Counted from the first letter of the stretch, positions 16,732 through 26,850 are shown. The stretch is DNA of 64,000 nt from an uncultured Christensenella sp. (GCA_964383635.1 CAYLIG010000001.1:8361-72360), one strand, 5' to 3'. Translations and numbers: made by a program. Notes: generated by a model not told the origin, from the letters alone.

Positions 16732-18051
16732 TTGAGGAAATCGTTTCGGGGCGGCGTGCACCCGCTTCGCCATATCGGCGAAGGGAAACCGCTGGCTCAG
16801 GACAAACCCGCGCGCGTGCTTACGCCGGATATCGTCGTAATTCCCGTGGGAATGCATCTCGGCGCGCCGAGCGAGCCGTGCGTGGTCAAAGGGCAGCACG
16901 TTCAGCTTGGCGAGTTGATCGCAAAGCCGGTCGGCGGACTTGGCCTGCCGGTACACGCAAGTGTCTCCGGCGAGGTGCTGTTTGTTGAAGAGAGGCAGAT
17001 GCTCAGAAGCAAACCGGAGATCTGCATCGGCATTCAAAACGATCATCTCGACGACTGGGTCGAACTCACGCCTCTGGATGCGGAACACGCAAGCGCGGCC
17101 GAGATCATCGCCGCCGTGAAAAACGCGGGTATCTGCGGCATGGGCGGCGCGGCGTTCCCGACGCACGTGAAGCTCTCGATTCCGGAAGGCAAGCATGCAG
17201 ACACGGTGATTCTCAATGGCGCGGAATGCGAGCCGTATCTGACCGCCGACCACCGGCTGATGCTGGAAAGCCCGAAGCGCATCGTTGCCGGACTGAAGCT
17301 GATCCTCCGTGTGACGGGCGTAGCGCGCGGCATCATCGCCGTTGAGAAAAACAAGCCGGACGCGATCCTTTCCATGCAGAACGCGGCGGCGGGCGAGAGC
17401 GATATCGAAGTGCTGCCGCTGAAAACGAAATACCCGCAGGGCTCGGAAAAGCAGCTGATCTCGGTTGTAACCGGCAGAGAGGTTCCGCGCGGCAAACTGC
17501 CGATCGACGCGGGCGCGCTGGTCTTCAACGTCAGCACCGCCGCGGCGATCTACGACGCCGTCGCGCTGGGTAAGCCGCTTGTGGAGCGCAACACGACCGT
17601 TACGGGCTGCGTAAAGGAGCCGGGCAACCTGCGCCTGCGCGTTGGAACGCGCTATGAAGACGCAATCGCCGCCTGCGGCGGCCTGCTCGAAGGCGCGCGC
17701 AAGGTGTTTGCCGGCGGTCCGATGACCGGCCTTTGCGCCGCGAATCTTGAAGCGACCGCGACAAAGGCGACAAACGGCATCGTCGTGTTTGACGAGAAGC
17801 AGGCAAAAGCCGTTACGGAATCCGCCTGCATCCGCTGCACGCGCTGCGTGAGCGTCTGCCCCATCGGGCTGCATCCGTATCTCATGCGCACGGATCTGGA
17901 TCGCTTTGATCTCGACGGCGCGAAAGAACACGGATTGATGGACTGCGTCCTCTGCGGCGCCTGCTCGTATATCTGCCCTGCGCGGCGGTATCTGACCTCC
18001 AGCTTTAAGGCCGCGAGGGAAGAGCTGGCCGCAAAGCGGGCGAAGAGGTGA
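16732..18051 (+). CDS. rnfC: Rnf electron transport complex subunit C
   Basis: FRGGVHP N-terminus, GMGGAAFPTHVK, GAECEPYLTADHRLM, and two CxxCxxCxxxCP ferredoxin motifs. First gene of an rnfCDGEAB array. Confidence 0.9.
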   Translation: MRKSFRGGVHPLRHIGEGKPLAQDKPARVLTPDIVVIPVGMHLGAPSEPCVVKGQHVQLGELIAKPVGGLGLPVHASVSGEVLFVEERQMLRSKPEICIGIQNDHLDDWVELTPLDAEHASAAEIIAAVKNAGICGMGGAAFPTHVKLSIPEGKHADTVILNGAECEPYLTADHRLMLESPKRIVAGLKLILRVTGVARGIIAVEKNKPDAILSMQNAAAGESDIEVLPLKTKYPQGSEKQLISVVTGREVPRGKLPIDAGALVFNVSTAAAIYDAVALGKPLVERNTTVTGCVKEPGNLRLRVGTRYEDAIAACGGLLEGARKVFAGGPMTGLCAANLEATATKATNGIVVFDEKQAKAVTESACIRCTRCVSVCPIGLHPYLMRTDLDRFDLDGAKEHGLMDCVLCGACSYICPARRYLTSSFKAAREELAAKRAKR

Positions 18052-18056
18052 CCGAT

Positions 18057-19016
18057 ATGGAAGAAAAGAAACGCTTCGCGGTGTCTCCCGCGCCGCATAT
18101 CTTCGCAAAGGACACGACCGCAACTTTGATGCTGGACGTCGTTGCCGCGCTCATGCCGGCCGTTGCCGCGGGCATCTGGCTCTTTGGCTGGGACGCCGCG
18201 CGCGTCATCCTCATCTGCGTTGCGTCCTGTGTCGGATTTGAGTTCCTCTGGGAAGTCGCTTTTAAAAAGCCGATCACCATCAACGACCTTTCCGCCGTGG
18301 TCACCGGCATCATCCTCGCGATGAACGTGCCCTCGACCGCGCCGTGGTGGATGCTCGTCGTCGGCAGCGCGGTTGCGATTCTGCTCGTCAAGCAGCTCTT
18401 TGGCGGCATCGGCGATAACTTCGTCAACCCCGCTATCGCGGCGCGCGCGGTGATGCTGGCCAGTTGGCCGGCGCTGATGAGCGGCGGCGCGTATGTTGCG
18501 CCGTTTGATGCGGTGTCCAGCGCGACGCCGCTCGCGCTCTTTGGCAGCGCGGCGGAGGCGGTGTCCGGCGCGACGGTCGTCCCGCCATCCATGCTGGACA
18601 TGTTCATCGGCCGTATCCCGGGCTGCATCGGCGAGGTGAGCAAGCTCGCCATCCTGATCGGCCTTGTGTATCTTCTGATTCGAAAGACGATCTCCTGGCA
18701 TATCCCCATCACTATGATCGCCTCGTTTATGCTCTTTACCTGGATGTTCGGCAGCGATCCGCTGCAGGGCGTGCTGATGGGCAGCGTGCTCTTCGGCGCG
18801 GTGTTCATGGCGACAGACTATGTCACAAGCCCGATGACGCATGTCGGAAAGATCATCTTCGGCGCGGGAGCTGGCCTGCTCATCGCGCTCATTCGTGCGT
18901 ACGGCGGATATCCGGAAGGCACGACATACGCTATACTGATCATGAACGTGCTCACGCCGCTCATCGACCGCATGACGCACAGCAGGATGTACGGGGAGGT
19001 GAAGGCTCGTGCGTAA
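18057..19016 (+). CDS. rnfD: Rnf complex subunit D
   Basis: VSPAPHI start region. Polytopic membrane protein with a GxxFMATDYVTSP FMN-attachment region. ATG 18057 is 8 nt after GAGG; GTG 18048 is an alternative start. Confidence 0.9.
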   Translation: MEEKKRFAVSPAPHIFAKDTTATLMLDVVAALMPAVAAGIWLFGWDAARVILICVASCVGFEFLWEVAFKKPITINDLSAVVTGIILAMNVPSTAPWWMLVVGSAVAILLVKQLFGGIGDNFVNPAIAARAVMLASWPALMSGGAYVAPFDAVSSATPLALFGSAAEAVSGATVVPPSMLDMFIGRIPGCIGEVSKLAILIGLVYLLIRKTISWHIPITMIASFMLFTWMFGSDPLQGVLMGSVLFGAVFMATDYVTSPMTHVGKIIFGAGAGLLIALIRAYGGYPEGTTYAILIMNVLTPLIDRMTHSRMYGEVKARA

Positions 19017-19560
19017 GGTACTCATTCTCGGGCTGAAGCTGTTTGCGATTGCGGCGGTGGCCGCGCTTGCGCTGGGGCTGACCAACATGGTCACAGCTTC
19101 GGCAATTGCGCAGCAGCAGGTGGAGGCCGCGCAGGCGGCGCGCCAGGCGGTGCTGCCCGCGGCGCAGAAATTCACCGAACAGACCGCGCCGGAAGGCCTC
19201 AAGGACGCTTTTGCAGGCTATGACGCAAACGGCGCGCTCGTCGGCAAAACGGGCACCATCGTCGCCAAAGGGTACGGCGGCGAAATCGAGATCACGGTCG
19301 GCGTTGACAACGACGGCGTGGTCACGGGCGTTTCGATCGGCGGCTCGGCCTTTGCCGAAACCGCGGGTCTCGGCGCGCGCGCAAAGGAAGCCTGGTTCGG
19401 CGGACAGTACACCGGCAAGTCCGCGCCCATCTCGCTGAAAAAGGACGGCGGCGATATCGACGCCATCACTTCGGCAACCATCACGTCCCGCGCGGTGACC
19501 AAGGCAGTCAACGCCGCGGTGCTTGCGCTGGGCGGCCTGACGCCGCCGACGGAGGGATAA
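19009..19560 (+). CDS. rnfG: Rnf complex subunit G (FMN-binding)
   Basis: N-terminal TM span, GYGGEI and SGATITS-like (ITSATITSRAV) FMN-binding motif. Confidence 0.85.
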   Translation: MRKVLILGLKLFAIAAVAALALGLTNMVTASAIAQQQVEAAQAARQAVLPAAQKFTEQTAPEGLKDAFAGYDANGALVGKTGTIVAKGYGGEIEITVGVDNDGVVTGVSIGGSAFAETAGLGARAKEAWFGGQYTGKSAPISLKKDGGDIDAITSATITSRAVTKAVNAAVLALGGLTPPTEG

Positions 19561-19564
19561 CACT

Positions 19565-20194
19565 ATGGAACAGAGATCCTCGCTGAAAAGCGTATTTTTC
19601 AACGGTTTGATCACCGAAAACCCTACGTTTCGGCTCGTGCTTGGCACCTGCCCGACCATGGCGGTGACGACCAGCGCGACGAACGGAATCGGCATGGGCG
19701 CGGCGGCGACGTTTGTGCTCGTCGGCTCCAACATCGTCATCTCGATGCTGCGGCATTTCATTCCGGACAAGATCCGCATCCCGTCGTTCATCATCGTCAT
19801 CTGCACGTTTGTGACCATGGTGCAGATGTTCATGAACGCTTTCTTGCCCGCGCTGTACCAAAGCCTCGGCATCTTCCTGCCGCTGATCGTGGTCAACTGC
19901 ATCATCCTCGCGCGGGCCGAGGCGTTCGCGAGCAAAAACCCCGTGCTGCACAGCGCGGTGGACGGCATCGGCATGGGCATCGGCTTCACCATCGCGCTCA
20001 CGCTGATCGGCAGCATCCGCGAACTGCTCGGCAACGGCACGCTCTTTGGAACGCAGGTGTTCGGCGCGAACTATCAGCCGATGCTGCTTTTGATCCTGCC
20101 CGCCGGCGGATTCATCGTGTTCGGCCTGCTGCTTGCGCTGTTCAACGCCGTGAGCATGAAGGCCGGTAAGCGGAAGGAGGCGAAGAGCGAATGA
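19565..20194 (+). CDS. rnfE: Rnf complex subunit E
   Basis: NPTFRLVLGTCPTMAVTTSATNG and LGIFLPLIVVNCIILARAEAFA are typical RnfE/NqrD motifs. Confidence 0.9.
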   Translation: MEQRSSLKSVFFNGLITENPTFRLVLGTCPTMAVTTSATNGIGMGAAATFVLVGSNIVISMLRHFIPDKIRIPSFIIVICTFVTMVQMFMNAFLPALYQSLGIFLPLIVVNCIILARAEAFASKNPVLHSAVDGIGMGIGFTIALTLIGSIRELLGNGTLFGTQVFGANYQPMLLLILPAGGFIVFGLLLALFNAVSMKAGKRKEAKSE

Positions 20195-20787
20195 GCCCGA
20201 TCGTCAAGATTCTTCTATTCATGTTCAGCTGCGTGCTGACCAACAACTACATCTTCTCGCGCTTCCTCGGCGTCTGCCCGTTCCTGGGGGTGTCCTCCAA
20301 GGTGGAGACGGCGTTTGGCATGGGACTTGCGGTCACGTTTGTCATGGCGCTTGCGAGCCTGTTTACGTACTTCGTATACTACTACCTGCTCATCCCGCTC
20401 AACCTTGCGTACCTCAACACCATCGCGTTCATCCTGGTCATCGCCTCGCTGGTGCAGGTGGTCGAGATGTTCCTCAAAAAATCCGCGCCGTCGCTCTATT
20501 CCGCGCTTGGCATCTATCTGCCGCTGATCACGACGAACTGCGCGGTGCTCGGCGTTACCATTCTCAACATCACGCAGGGCTACAACCTGCTGTATTCGGT
20601 GCTCAACGGCACGTTCGGCGCGCTGGGCTTCCTTGTTGCAATCGTGCTTATGGCGGGCGTTCGCGAGCGGCTGGAGTCCGCAAAGATCGCCGCGCCGCTC
20701 AAGGGATTTCCCATTTCGCTCGTCATCGCGGGGCTCATGAGCCTTGCGTTTCTGGGCTTTTCCAATATGTTCGCGGGGGTGATGTAA
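20191..20787 (+). CDS. rnfA: Rnf complex subunit A
   Basis: NNYIFSRFLGVCPFLGVS and LGIYLPLITTNCAVLG are typical RnfA/NqrE motifs. ATGA overlap with rnfE. Confidence 0.9.
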   Translation: MSPIVKILLFMFSCVLTNNYIFSRFLGVCPFLGVSSKVETAFGMGLAVTFVMALASLFTYFVYYYLLIPLNLAYLNTIAFILVIASLVQVVEMFLKKSAPSLYSALGIYLPLITTNCAVLGVTILNITQGYNLLYSVLNGTFGALGFLVAIVLMAGVRERLESAKIAAPLKGFPISLVIAGLMSLAFLGFSNMFAGVM

Positions 20788-20790
20788 GCT

Positions 20791-21657
20791 ATGGCGCAAT
20801 ATCTGCCGATTATTTACGCCATCGCCGCGCTTGGCGGACTTGGCATCCTCTTCGGGCTGGTGCTCGGCCTTGCGGATAAGAAATTCGCGGTCGAGGTGGA
20901 CGAGCGGGTTCAGGCCGTTCGCGCGGCGGTTGCCGGCGCAAACTGCGGCGCCTGCGGATATGCCGGCTGCGACGCATACGCCGCGGCCGTCGTCAAAGGC
21001 GAGGCGCCCGCCACCGCCTGCACGCCGGGCGGGGCGAAGACGGTCAAGGCCATCGCCGCCATCATGGGCGTGGACGCGGAGGCGGCGGAGCCGCTGGTTG
21101 CGCGCGTGCGCTGCCAGGGCACCTGTGAAAACGTTTCCCTGCGTTACGACTACAGCGGCGTGCAGTCCTGCCGCGCGGCAAGCGGCATCTCCGGCGGCCC
21201 GAGCGCCTGCGAGTTCGGCTGCGTCGGACTTGGCGACTGCGTTGCGCACTGCGCGTTTGACGCGATTCAAATTGTGGACGGCGTCGCCGTGATCGACGAC
21301 GACAAGTGCACCGGCTGCGGCGTCTGCGTTTCCACCTGCCCGCGGAGCATCATTCAGATGCTGCCAAAGGATCAGACCGTCGTTGTCATGTGCCGCAACG
21401 AGGCCATCGGCCGCATCGCGCGGCTGCAGTGCAAGACCGCCTGCGTCGGCTGCAAACGCTGCGAAAAACAGTGCCCGTCGGACTCGATCCATGTGATCAA
21501 CGGCGTTGCGATCATCGATGAAACAACCTGCACACGCTGCGGCGCGTGCATCCCCGTTTGCCCGATGCACTGCATCGTGAACTTCTACGAGCGCGACCCG
21601 GAAGGGGAAGCGGCGGCGACCGCGCAGGCGGATCTGCTCAAGCCGAAAGAGAATTGA
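20791..21657 (+). CDS. rnfB: Rnf complex subunit B (polyferredoxin)
   Basis: N-terminal TM span, a CGACGYAGC cluster, and several CxxCxxCxxxCP 4Fe-4S motifs. Confidence 0.9.
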   Translation: MAQYLPIIYAIAALGGLGILFGLVLGLADKKFAVEVDERVQAVRAAVAGANCGACGYAGCDAYAAAVVKGEAPATACTPGGAKTVKAIAAIMGVDAEAAEPLVARVRCQGTCENVSLRYDYSGVQSCRAASGISGGPSACEFGCVGLGDCVAHCAFDAIQIVDGVAVIDDDKCTGCGVCVSTCPRSIIQMLPKDQTVVVMCRNEAIGRIARLQCKTACVGCKRCEKQCPSDSIHVINGVAIIDETTCTRCGACIPVCPMHCIVNFYERDPEGEAAATAQADLLKPKEN

Positions 21658-21674
21658 ACCAAACGAAAGCGCAT

Positions 21675-21703
21675 AAAAAAATCCGCCGAAGGGCGGATTT
21701 TTT
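21675..21703. terminator. Bidirectional intrinsic terminator (rnfB / convergent phosphoesterase gene)
   Basis: AAAAAAATCCGCC-GAAG-GGCGGATTTTTTT. Confidence 0.8.
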
Positions 21704-21722
21704 GCTGTTCGTAACAGCAGGG

Positions 21723-23051
21723 TTATTTCTTGTCTGCCGTCCCGGCTTCGGCGGAGCCGGTTTCCGGTTCGTCGTCGAATTCACCGTTTGGCACATATTC
21801 GACCGGATGATTCCGCTGGTGTTTCTTTTTTAGAACGAGCATCACGATCGTGACGACAAGCGCGGCGATGAGCAGCAGAATGACGATTCCGACCTTCACG
21901 GCGTTGTAGATGCCGGTCGTGGTGCTGAAATAGTACCGCAGAAAGCCGTAGCTTGCGGGCGTGTTGTAGCTGCTGTAGAGCACGTGCATGGTGTCGTAGT
22001 TGCGCACGTTATATTCGTTGAAACGGAAGAGCCGCACGCCGCGGATATCCTGCGAACCGTAGCTCGTGTAGGAACTGCCCGGCGCATTGGCAATGTCGAT
22101 GCCGTTGACGCTGCCAATGAATGAGTTGATGTGGTCGTGTCCGTTGACGGTGAGGAACACGTCCCCGTTTGCCCGATACGCGTCGAAGAGCCCGTGGTTC
22201 TCGCTGGAGGGACAAGGGGCTTCGTTTACCTCGCCGGTGAAGATTTTGTCCGTGTCGGGCAGGTAATAGTGTCCTTTGCCGACCCCGACGCCCTTGAGCG
22301 CGCCGCTGGTGCTCTTTGGCACCTCGGTCAGCAGCTCATAGACCTCCGGCACGGGAATATGGCAGAACGCGACGGAAGGCAGCGCCTGACCGTCGTTTTC
22401 GGCCTTGAATACGGCGCTTTGCTCGTTGTACCAGTCCACCTGCGCGGCGGAGACGGTGTCGTAATCCCCGTTTGCAATGTAGGAGCCGGAGTCGAAGAAA
22501 TACAGCGCCATGCCGAGCGTGTCCGTGCCTTTGAGATAAACAGGCAGCACAAACGCGCCGTCCTCGGTCGAAGTTGCACCATAGGAGACGCCGACGCAGT
22601 TGTCATAGCTTTCGTAGAGCGCCGCCTGTTGTTTGACGGGCATCGGCGCTTCGTAGTCATGGTTGCCAAAGACCACGGCAAAGGGAATGCCGCTGCTCTC
22701 GATGGGCGCAAGAAGCGTTCGGATCGTTTTTTCACAGTTGGCGACGCCGTTGCCGAGGTCAAGCACCGGGCTGGGACCCTCGAGCTGGTCGCCCAGCAGC
22801 ACGATCAGATCCGCCGGGTGGTCCGCAATAGCGTTTGTTTCGCCGCTGACGACCAAGTCTGTGGTATACTGCGTGTCCTGCAGATCCGAGAGGATCAGCA
22901 CCGTAAAGGTGCCGTCGTCACCGAAGCTGAGGCGGCTTGCGTCGGTTTCTTCGGCGCGTGCGCTTTGCCAGACGGGCAGAAGAGAGACGCCGAGCATCAG
23001 GATCGCTGCGGCAATGCCGAACAGCCGATGTTTTATTAAATATCGTTTCAT
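21723..23051 (-). CDS. Calcineurin-like metallophosphoesterase; signal peptide plus C-terminal TM anchor
   Basis: Signal peptide MKRYLIKHRLFGIAAAILMLGVSLLPVWQSARA. Metallophosphoesterase blocks VLILSDLQD, LLGDQLEG, FGNHDYE and NGHDH. C-terminal TM span (VGIVILLLIAALVVTIVMLVL) with an acidic tail. Confidence 0.75.
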   Translation of the reverse strand: MKRYLIKHRLFGIAAAILMLGVSLLPVWQSARAEETDASRLSFGDDGTFTVLILSDLQDTQYTTDLVVSGETNAIADHPADLIVLLGDQLEGPSPVLDLGNGVANCEKTIRTLLAPIESSGIPFAVVFGNHDYEAPMPVKQQAALYESYDNCVGVSYGATSTEDGAFVLPVYLKGTDTLGMALYFFDSGSYIANGDYDTVSAAQVDWYNEQSAVFKAENDGQALPSVAFCHIPVPEVYELLTEVPKSTSGALKGVGVGKGHYYLPDTDKIFTGEVNEAPCPSSENHGLFDAYRANGDVFLTVNGHDHINSFIGSVNGIDIANAPGSSYTSYGSQDIRGVRLFRFNEYNVRNYDTMHVLYSSYNTPASYGFLRYYFSTTTGIYNAVKVGIVILLLIAALVVTIVMLVLKKKHQRNHPVEYVPNGEFDDEPETGSAEAGTADKK

Positions 23052-23153
23052 TGATCAAGCGTACGGCAAGTCCCGACCGTCTGTCAAGAACGGCAAATCA
23101 AATATTAACAAATACTTGATGATCGGCGTGTTTTTACGCTTGTTGCAGGAAGG

Positions 23154-23182
23154 TTGTAATTCGTTCTTGCTTGCGATACAAT
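23154..23182 (+). promoter_or_regulatory. Candidate promoter TTGTAA-17-TACAAT for the PAP2-like gene
   Basis: Hexamers at 23154-23159 and 23177-23182. Confidence 0.45.
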
Positions 23183-23269
23183 AATCAAGCTACGGGAATA
23201 TACGGCAATCAAGCCACGGAATGCGCGGCGCCGCCGCGCATTCCGCAGAAAGATTCGGAAGAAGAGTAA

Positions 23270-23722
23270 ATGGAGTTTTTCAAAGGATTTCTGGAGAATA
23301 AAATACTGATCGCTGCGCTGGTTGCCTGGGCGATTGCGCAGGCGGCAAAGGCGATTCTATACACCGTTATCAACCGTGAATTCCGGATGGAGCGGCTCGT
23401 CGGAAGCGGCGGAATGCCGAGCTCGCACGCGGCGACGGTCTGCGCCCTTGCAACGGCGGTAGCCAAGCAGTTTGGGCTTGCGTCGTTCGAGTTTGCCATA
23501 TCGTTCGTGCTCGCGTCCGTCGTGCTGCACGACGCGCGCGGCGTGCGTCAGGAGGCGGGCAAGCAGGCGGTGACCATCACGGCCATCATCGACCATCTGC
23601 TCAAGGAAGGAACCATTATCGAACTGCCGGAGTGGGAACTCAAGGAGCTGATCGGCCACACGCCGCTGCAGGTGCTCATCGGTTCGATTCTCGGCATCGG
23701 CGTCGGTCTGTGGCTCGGCTGA
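23270..23722 (+). CDS. Divergent PAP2 family membrane protein (DUF212, acid phosphatase/vanadium peroxidase-related)
   Basis: NKILIAALVAWAIAQAAK...GSGGMPSSHAATV...HDARGVRQEAGKQA...LKELIGHTPLQV is the characteristic DUF212 pattern. Confidence 0.8.
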   Translation: MEFFKGFLENKILIAALVAWAIAQAAKAILYTVINREFRMERLVGSGGMPSSHAATVCALATAVAKQFGLASFEFAISFVLASVVLHDARGVRQEAGKQAVTITAIIDHLLKEGTIIELPEWELKELIGHTPLQVLIGSILGIGVGLWLG

Positions 23723-23750
23723 GCGGACGCGGGTAAGGAGAAGGCGGCGT

Positions 23751-24356
23751 ATGTGCGGACGATTTTACATCGATTTGGAAGACGAACTGTACCGCCGGTT
23801 TCTGGAGCGGATGCAGCAAAGGGATAATCAGGAACTGCCGCCGTTTCTGGGCGGAGAAATATTTCCAACGGATTTCGTGCCCGTGCTGGACGAAACCGGC
23901 CCACGCGCGATGCAGTGGGGATTTGCGCGGTTCGACGGCAAGGGAAAGGTCATCAACGCGCGCAGCGAATCCGCGCTGGAAAAGACGATGTTTCGAACGT
24001 TGATGCTCTCGTCGGTGTCGGGCAAAGACGGGGCGCTGTCGGGGCGCTGTCTGATCCCCGCGACGGGGTATTTTGAATGGGAAACGCGCGACAAAAAGAA
24101 GATTAAATATAAGCTGCGCCCGGCAAATGAAGGCATGTTCACCTTCGCGGGGCTTTACCGTTCGGAGGCGGGCGCAAAGACGCCGGTGTTCGTCATCCTC
24201 ACCGCGCCCGCGGCGGAGGGCATCTTGTTCATCCACGACCGCATGCCGCTGATTCTGCCGCCGGAGCGAAGAGCCGAATGGCTGAGCGACGCGTCGGCTG
24301 CGGCGAAGCTGCTGAAAGAGGGAGAGCGGGACATCGAATATAAACCCGCGATCTAG
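23751..24356 (+). CDS. SOS response-associated peptidase (SRAP/YedK family, abasic-site crosslinking)
   Basis: Starts MCGRF (Cys2 nucleophile). INARSE, IPATGYFEW, FAGLY and HDRMPLIL blocks. Confidence 0.85.
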   Translation: MCGRFYIDLEDELYRRFLERMQQRDNQELPPFLGGEIFPTDFVPVLDETGPRAMQWGFARFDGKGKVINARSESALEKTMFRTLMLSSVSGKDGALSGRCLIPATGYFEWETRDKKKIKYKLRPANEGMFTFAGLYRSEAGAKTPVFVILTAPAAEGILFIHDRMPLILPPERRAEWLSDASAAAKLLKEGERDIEYKPAI

Positions 24357-24370
24357 CAAACGCGAAATAA

Positions 24371-24402
24371 AAGTGCGGAGTCTGAACGACTCCGCACTTT
24401 TT
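24371..24402. terminator. Bidirectional intrinsic terminator (SRAP / malQ)
   Basis: AAGTGCGGAGTC-TGAAC-GACTCCGCACTT flanked by A- and T-tracts. Confidence 0.8.
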
Positions 24403-24412
24403 GTCGATTATG

Positions 24413-25900
24413 TCAGCCCCTGCCGTAGAGAGCCGTCATGCCGCCGATTTTTTCGGCGAGCTCGTCCGTGAATTCGCCGGGCAGCAGACGCCAGCGCCAG
24501 TTGTTTCCGCCAAGCGTGCCGGGCGTGTTCATGCGGCCGCCGGAGTCCAGACCGAGGTAGTCCTGCATCTGCGCGATGAACAGCTCTGCAACGGAGCCCG
24601 CACCGCCACGCAGAACGCCCCAGACATAGCCTTCGCTCTCATTTAACCCGAGATACCGCTGCGCAAACGCGACGTCGTCCGGGTTTGCCTCGGAAAACCA
24701 GCCGGCGACGGTGGTGTTGTCGTGCGTGCCCGCGTAGCAGACGCAGTGGCTGTCGTACGTGTGCGGCAGATAGTTGCTCGGCTCCCGCGCGTCGAAGGCG
24801 AACTGGAGCACCTTCATGCCGGGAAAGCCGCTTTCCGCCAGCAGCGTATGCACATCCTCGGTGAGAAATCCGAGGTCTTCGGCGATGATTTCAAACGATG
24901 GAAAATCTGCTTTCAGCAAGTTGACAAAATCCTTGCCCGGGCCGGGAATCCATTCGCCGTTTCGCGCGGTCGCCGCGTCCGCCGCGACGCTCCAATAGGA
25001 GGAAAGCCCGCGGAAATGGTCGATGCGCACGCTGTCAAACAGCGTGCAGGCCGAGCGCATGCGGCGCATCCACCAGGCATAGCCGGTCTGCTTCATATAA
25101 TCCCAGTCGTAGATCGGATTGCCCCAGAGCTGCCCGTCCGCCGTAAAATAGTCCGGCGGCACGCCCGCGACGCAGCGCGGACGGCGCTCGCCGTCCAGCT
25201 GAAACTCCTGCGGCGCGCTCCATACGTCCGCCGAGTCCAGCGGGACGTAGATCGGAAGATCGCCGACGATTTTGATGCCGCGCTCGTTTGCATAGGCGCG
25301 AAGACGCGACCACTGCTCGAAAAAGAGCTGCTGGATAAACTGGTAAAAGCGGATGCTCTCGCCAAGCCGCTCCCGCGCGGCCTGCAGCGCGTCGCTTTCG
25401 CGCATACGCAGTTCATACGGCCAGTTTGACCAAGGTGCGCCGCCGTGTTCGTCCTTGAGGGCCATGAACAGCGCGTAGTCGTTCAGCCAGTCCGCGTTTT
25501 CCGCGGCGAAGCCGTCCAGCGACCGCATGCGTCCGCCGTCCTCCTTTGCGCGCGCAAACGCCGCGCGAAGCACGGGGAAGCGACGCTCGAAGATCGTCCC
25601 GAAGTCGACCTGCCGTCCGCTGCCGCCCCAGTCGAGGGCACGGATCCAGTCGCGCTCAAGCAGGCCTTCGTCGCAAAGCGTGTCGAGGTCGATGAAATAC
25701 GGATTGCCCGCAAACGCGGAAAACGACTGGTAGGGCGAGTCGCCATAGCTCGTCGGCCCGAGCGGAAGCACCTGCCAGTAACGCTGGCGCGCGCTTTCGA
25801 GACGGTCGACAAAAGCATACGCCTCCTGCCCGAACGTGCCAATGCCGTACGGGGAGGGGAGCGAGGAGATATGCATGAGGATGCCGGAAGAACGGTTCAT
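24413..25900 (-). CDS. malQ: 4-alpha-glucanotransferase (amylomaltase, GH77)
   Basis: SSGILMHISSLPSPYGIGTFG start region. GDLPIYV, YWQVLPLGPT, DHFRG and HDNTT blocks. ATG 25900 chosen; 25951 is possible. Confidence 0.9.
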   Translation of the reverse strand: MNRSSGILMHISSLPSPYGIGTFGQEAYAFVDRLESARQRYWQVLPLGPTSYGDSPYQSFSAFAGNPYFIDLDTLCDEGLLERDWIRALDWGGSGRQVDFGTIFERRFPVLRAAFARAKEDGGRMRSLDGFAAENADWLNDYALFMALKDEHGGAPWSNWPYELRMRESDALQAARERLGESIRFYQFIQQLFFEQWSRLRAYANERGIKIVGDLPIYVPLDSADVWSAPQEFQLDGERRPRCVAGVPPDYFTADGQLWGNPIYDWDYMKQTGYAWWMRRMRSACTLFDSVRIDHFRGLSSYWSVAADAATARNGEWIPGPGKDFVNLLKADFPSFEIIAEDLGFLTEDVHTLLAESGFPGMKVLQFAFDAREPSNYLPHTYDSHCVCYAGTHDNTTVAGWFSEANPDDVAFAQRYLGLNESEGYVWGVLRGGAGSVAELFIAQMQDYLGLDSGGRMNTPGTLGGNNWRWRLLPGEFTDELAEKIGGMTALYGRG

Positions 25901-26007
25901 ACGATCACCGATTTTTTTCAAATTTCGTTTCATTATATCGTGTTTCTCCAAAAGGGCAACAGAAAAATGCGGATTCCCAGCGAAAACCCGCAGTTTCCCG
26001 CCCGCGG

Positions 26008-26850
26008 TTAACCTTTAACCGCGCCCTCGACCACGCCCTTGATGATGAACTTCTGCGCGGAGAGGTAGAAGACGATAATCGGCAGGATGCTGATGATGAT
26101 CAGCGCCATCACGGCGCCGAGATCCACATGGCCGTAGCTGCCCTGCAGATACTGAATGTGAATCGGTATGGTTTTATACTTCGTACGGTCCAGCACGAGA
26201 TATGGCAGCAGGTAGTCGTTCCAGATCCACATGATTTCGAGAACGCCAACGGAGATCAGCACCGGCTTGAGCATTGGAAACACGATCAGGAAAAACGTCC
26301 GGATCGGTCCGCAGCCGTCGATCGCCGCCGCCTCCTCAATCTCCAGCGGGATGCTCTTGACAAAGCCCGCGAACATGAACACCGCAAGCCCCGCGCCGAA
26401 CCCAAGATAGATGACCGGGATGGTGTACGGCGTGTCAAGGTGCAGCGTGTGCGCGGTCTTGGCCAGCGTAAACATGACCATCTGGAAGGGCACGACCATG
26501 GAAAAGACACACAGATAGTATACGATCCGTGCGACAATGCTGTTTACGCGGGAGATATACCAGGCGGCCATGGAGGTGCAGACGAGGATCAGCGCGGCGG
26601 AGGTCACCGTGATGATGAGACTGAACGCGGCGGATTTCAGAAACGGATATTCGCCGACGTTGATGCCATTGATGTAGTTGGAAAAGCCGGTGAACGTATC
26701 CGAACCTGGAAACGCGAAGGTGTCTGTGTTGATGGAGGCGTTGGTCTTAAAGGAGTTCATCAGCACGGTGAAGATCGGCATCAGATACAGAATGCACACC
26801 ACGATAAAAAGGCCGGTGAGCATGGCTTTCTGCGCATTGATTCGTTTCAT
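26008..26850 (-). CDS. Carbohydrate ABC transporter permease (MalG-like)
   Basis: Six TM spans and an EAA-type loop (IEEAAAIDGCGPIRTFFLIVFP). Confidence 0.85.
   Translation of the reverse strand: MKRINAQKAMLTGLFIVVCILYLMPIFTVLMNSFKTNASINTDTFAFPGSDTFTGFSNYINGINVGEYPFLKSAAFSLIITVTSAALILVCTSMAAWYISRVNSIVARIVYYLCVFSMVVPFQMVMFTLAKTAHTLHLDTPYTIPVIYLGFGAGLAVFMFAGFVKSIPLEIEEAAAIDGCGPIRTFFLIVFPMLKPVLISVGVLEIMWIWNDYLLPYLVLDRTKYKTIPIHIQYLQGSYGHVDLGAVMALIIISILPIIVFYLSAQKFIIKGVVEGAVKG

Noticed and set aside
16705-21570. Very long minus-strand ORFs (472, 516, 359 and 451 aa) covering the rnf region
   Set aside because: They are antisense to unmistakable rnfC/D/G/E/A/B genes and have Arg/Ala/Gly/His-rich, low-complexity translations. 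This is typical of stop-codon-poor antisense frames in high-GC DNA.
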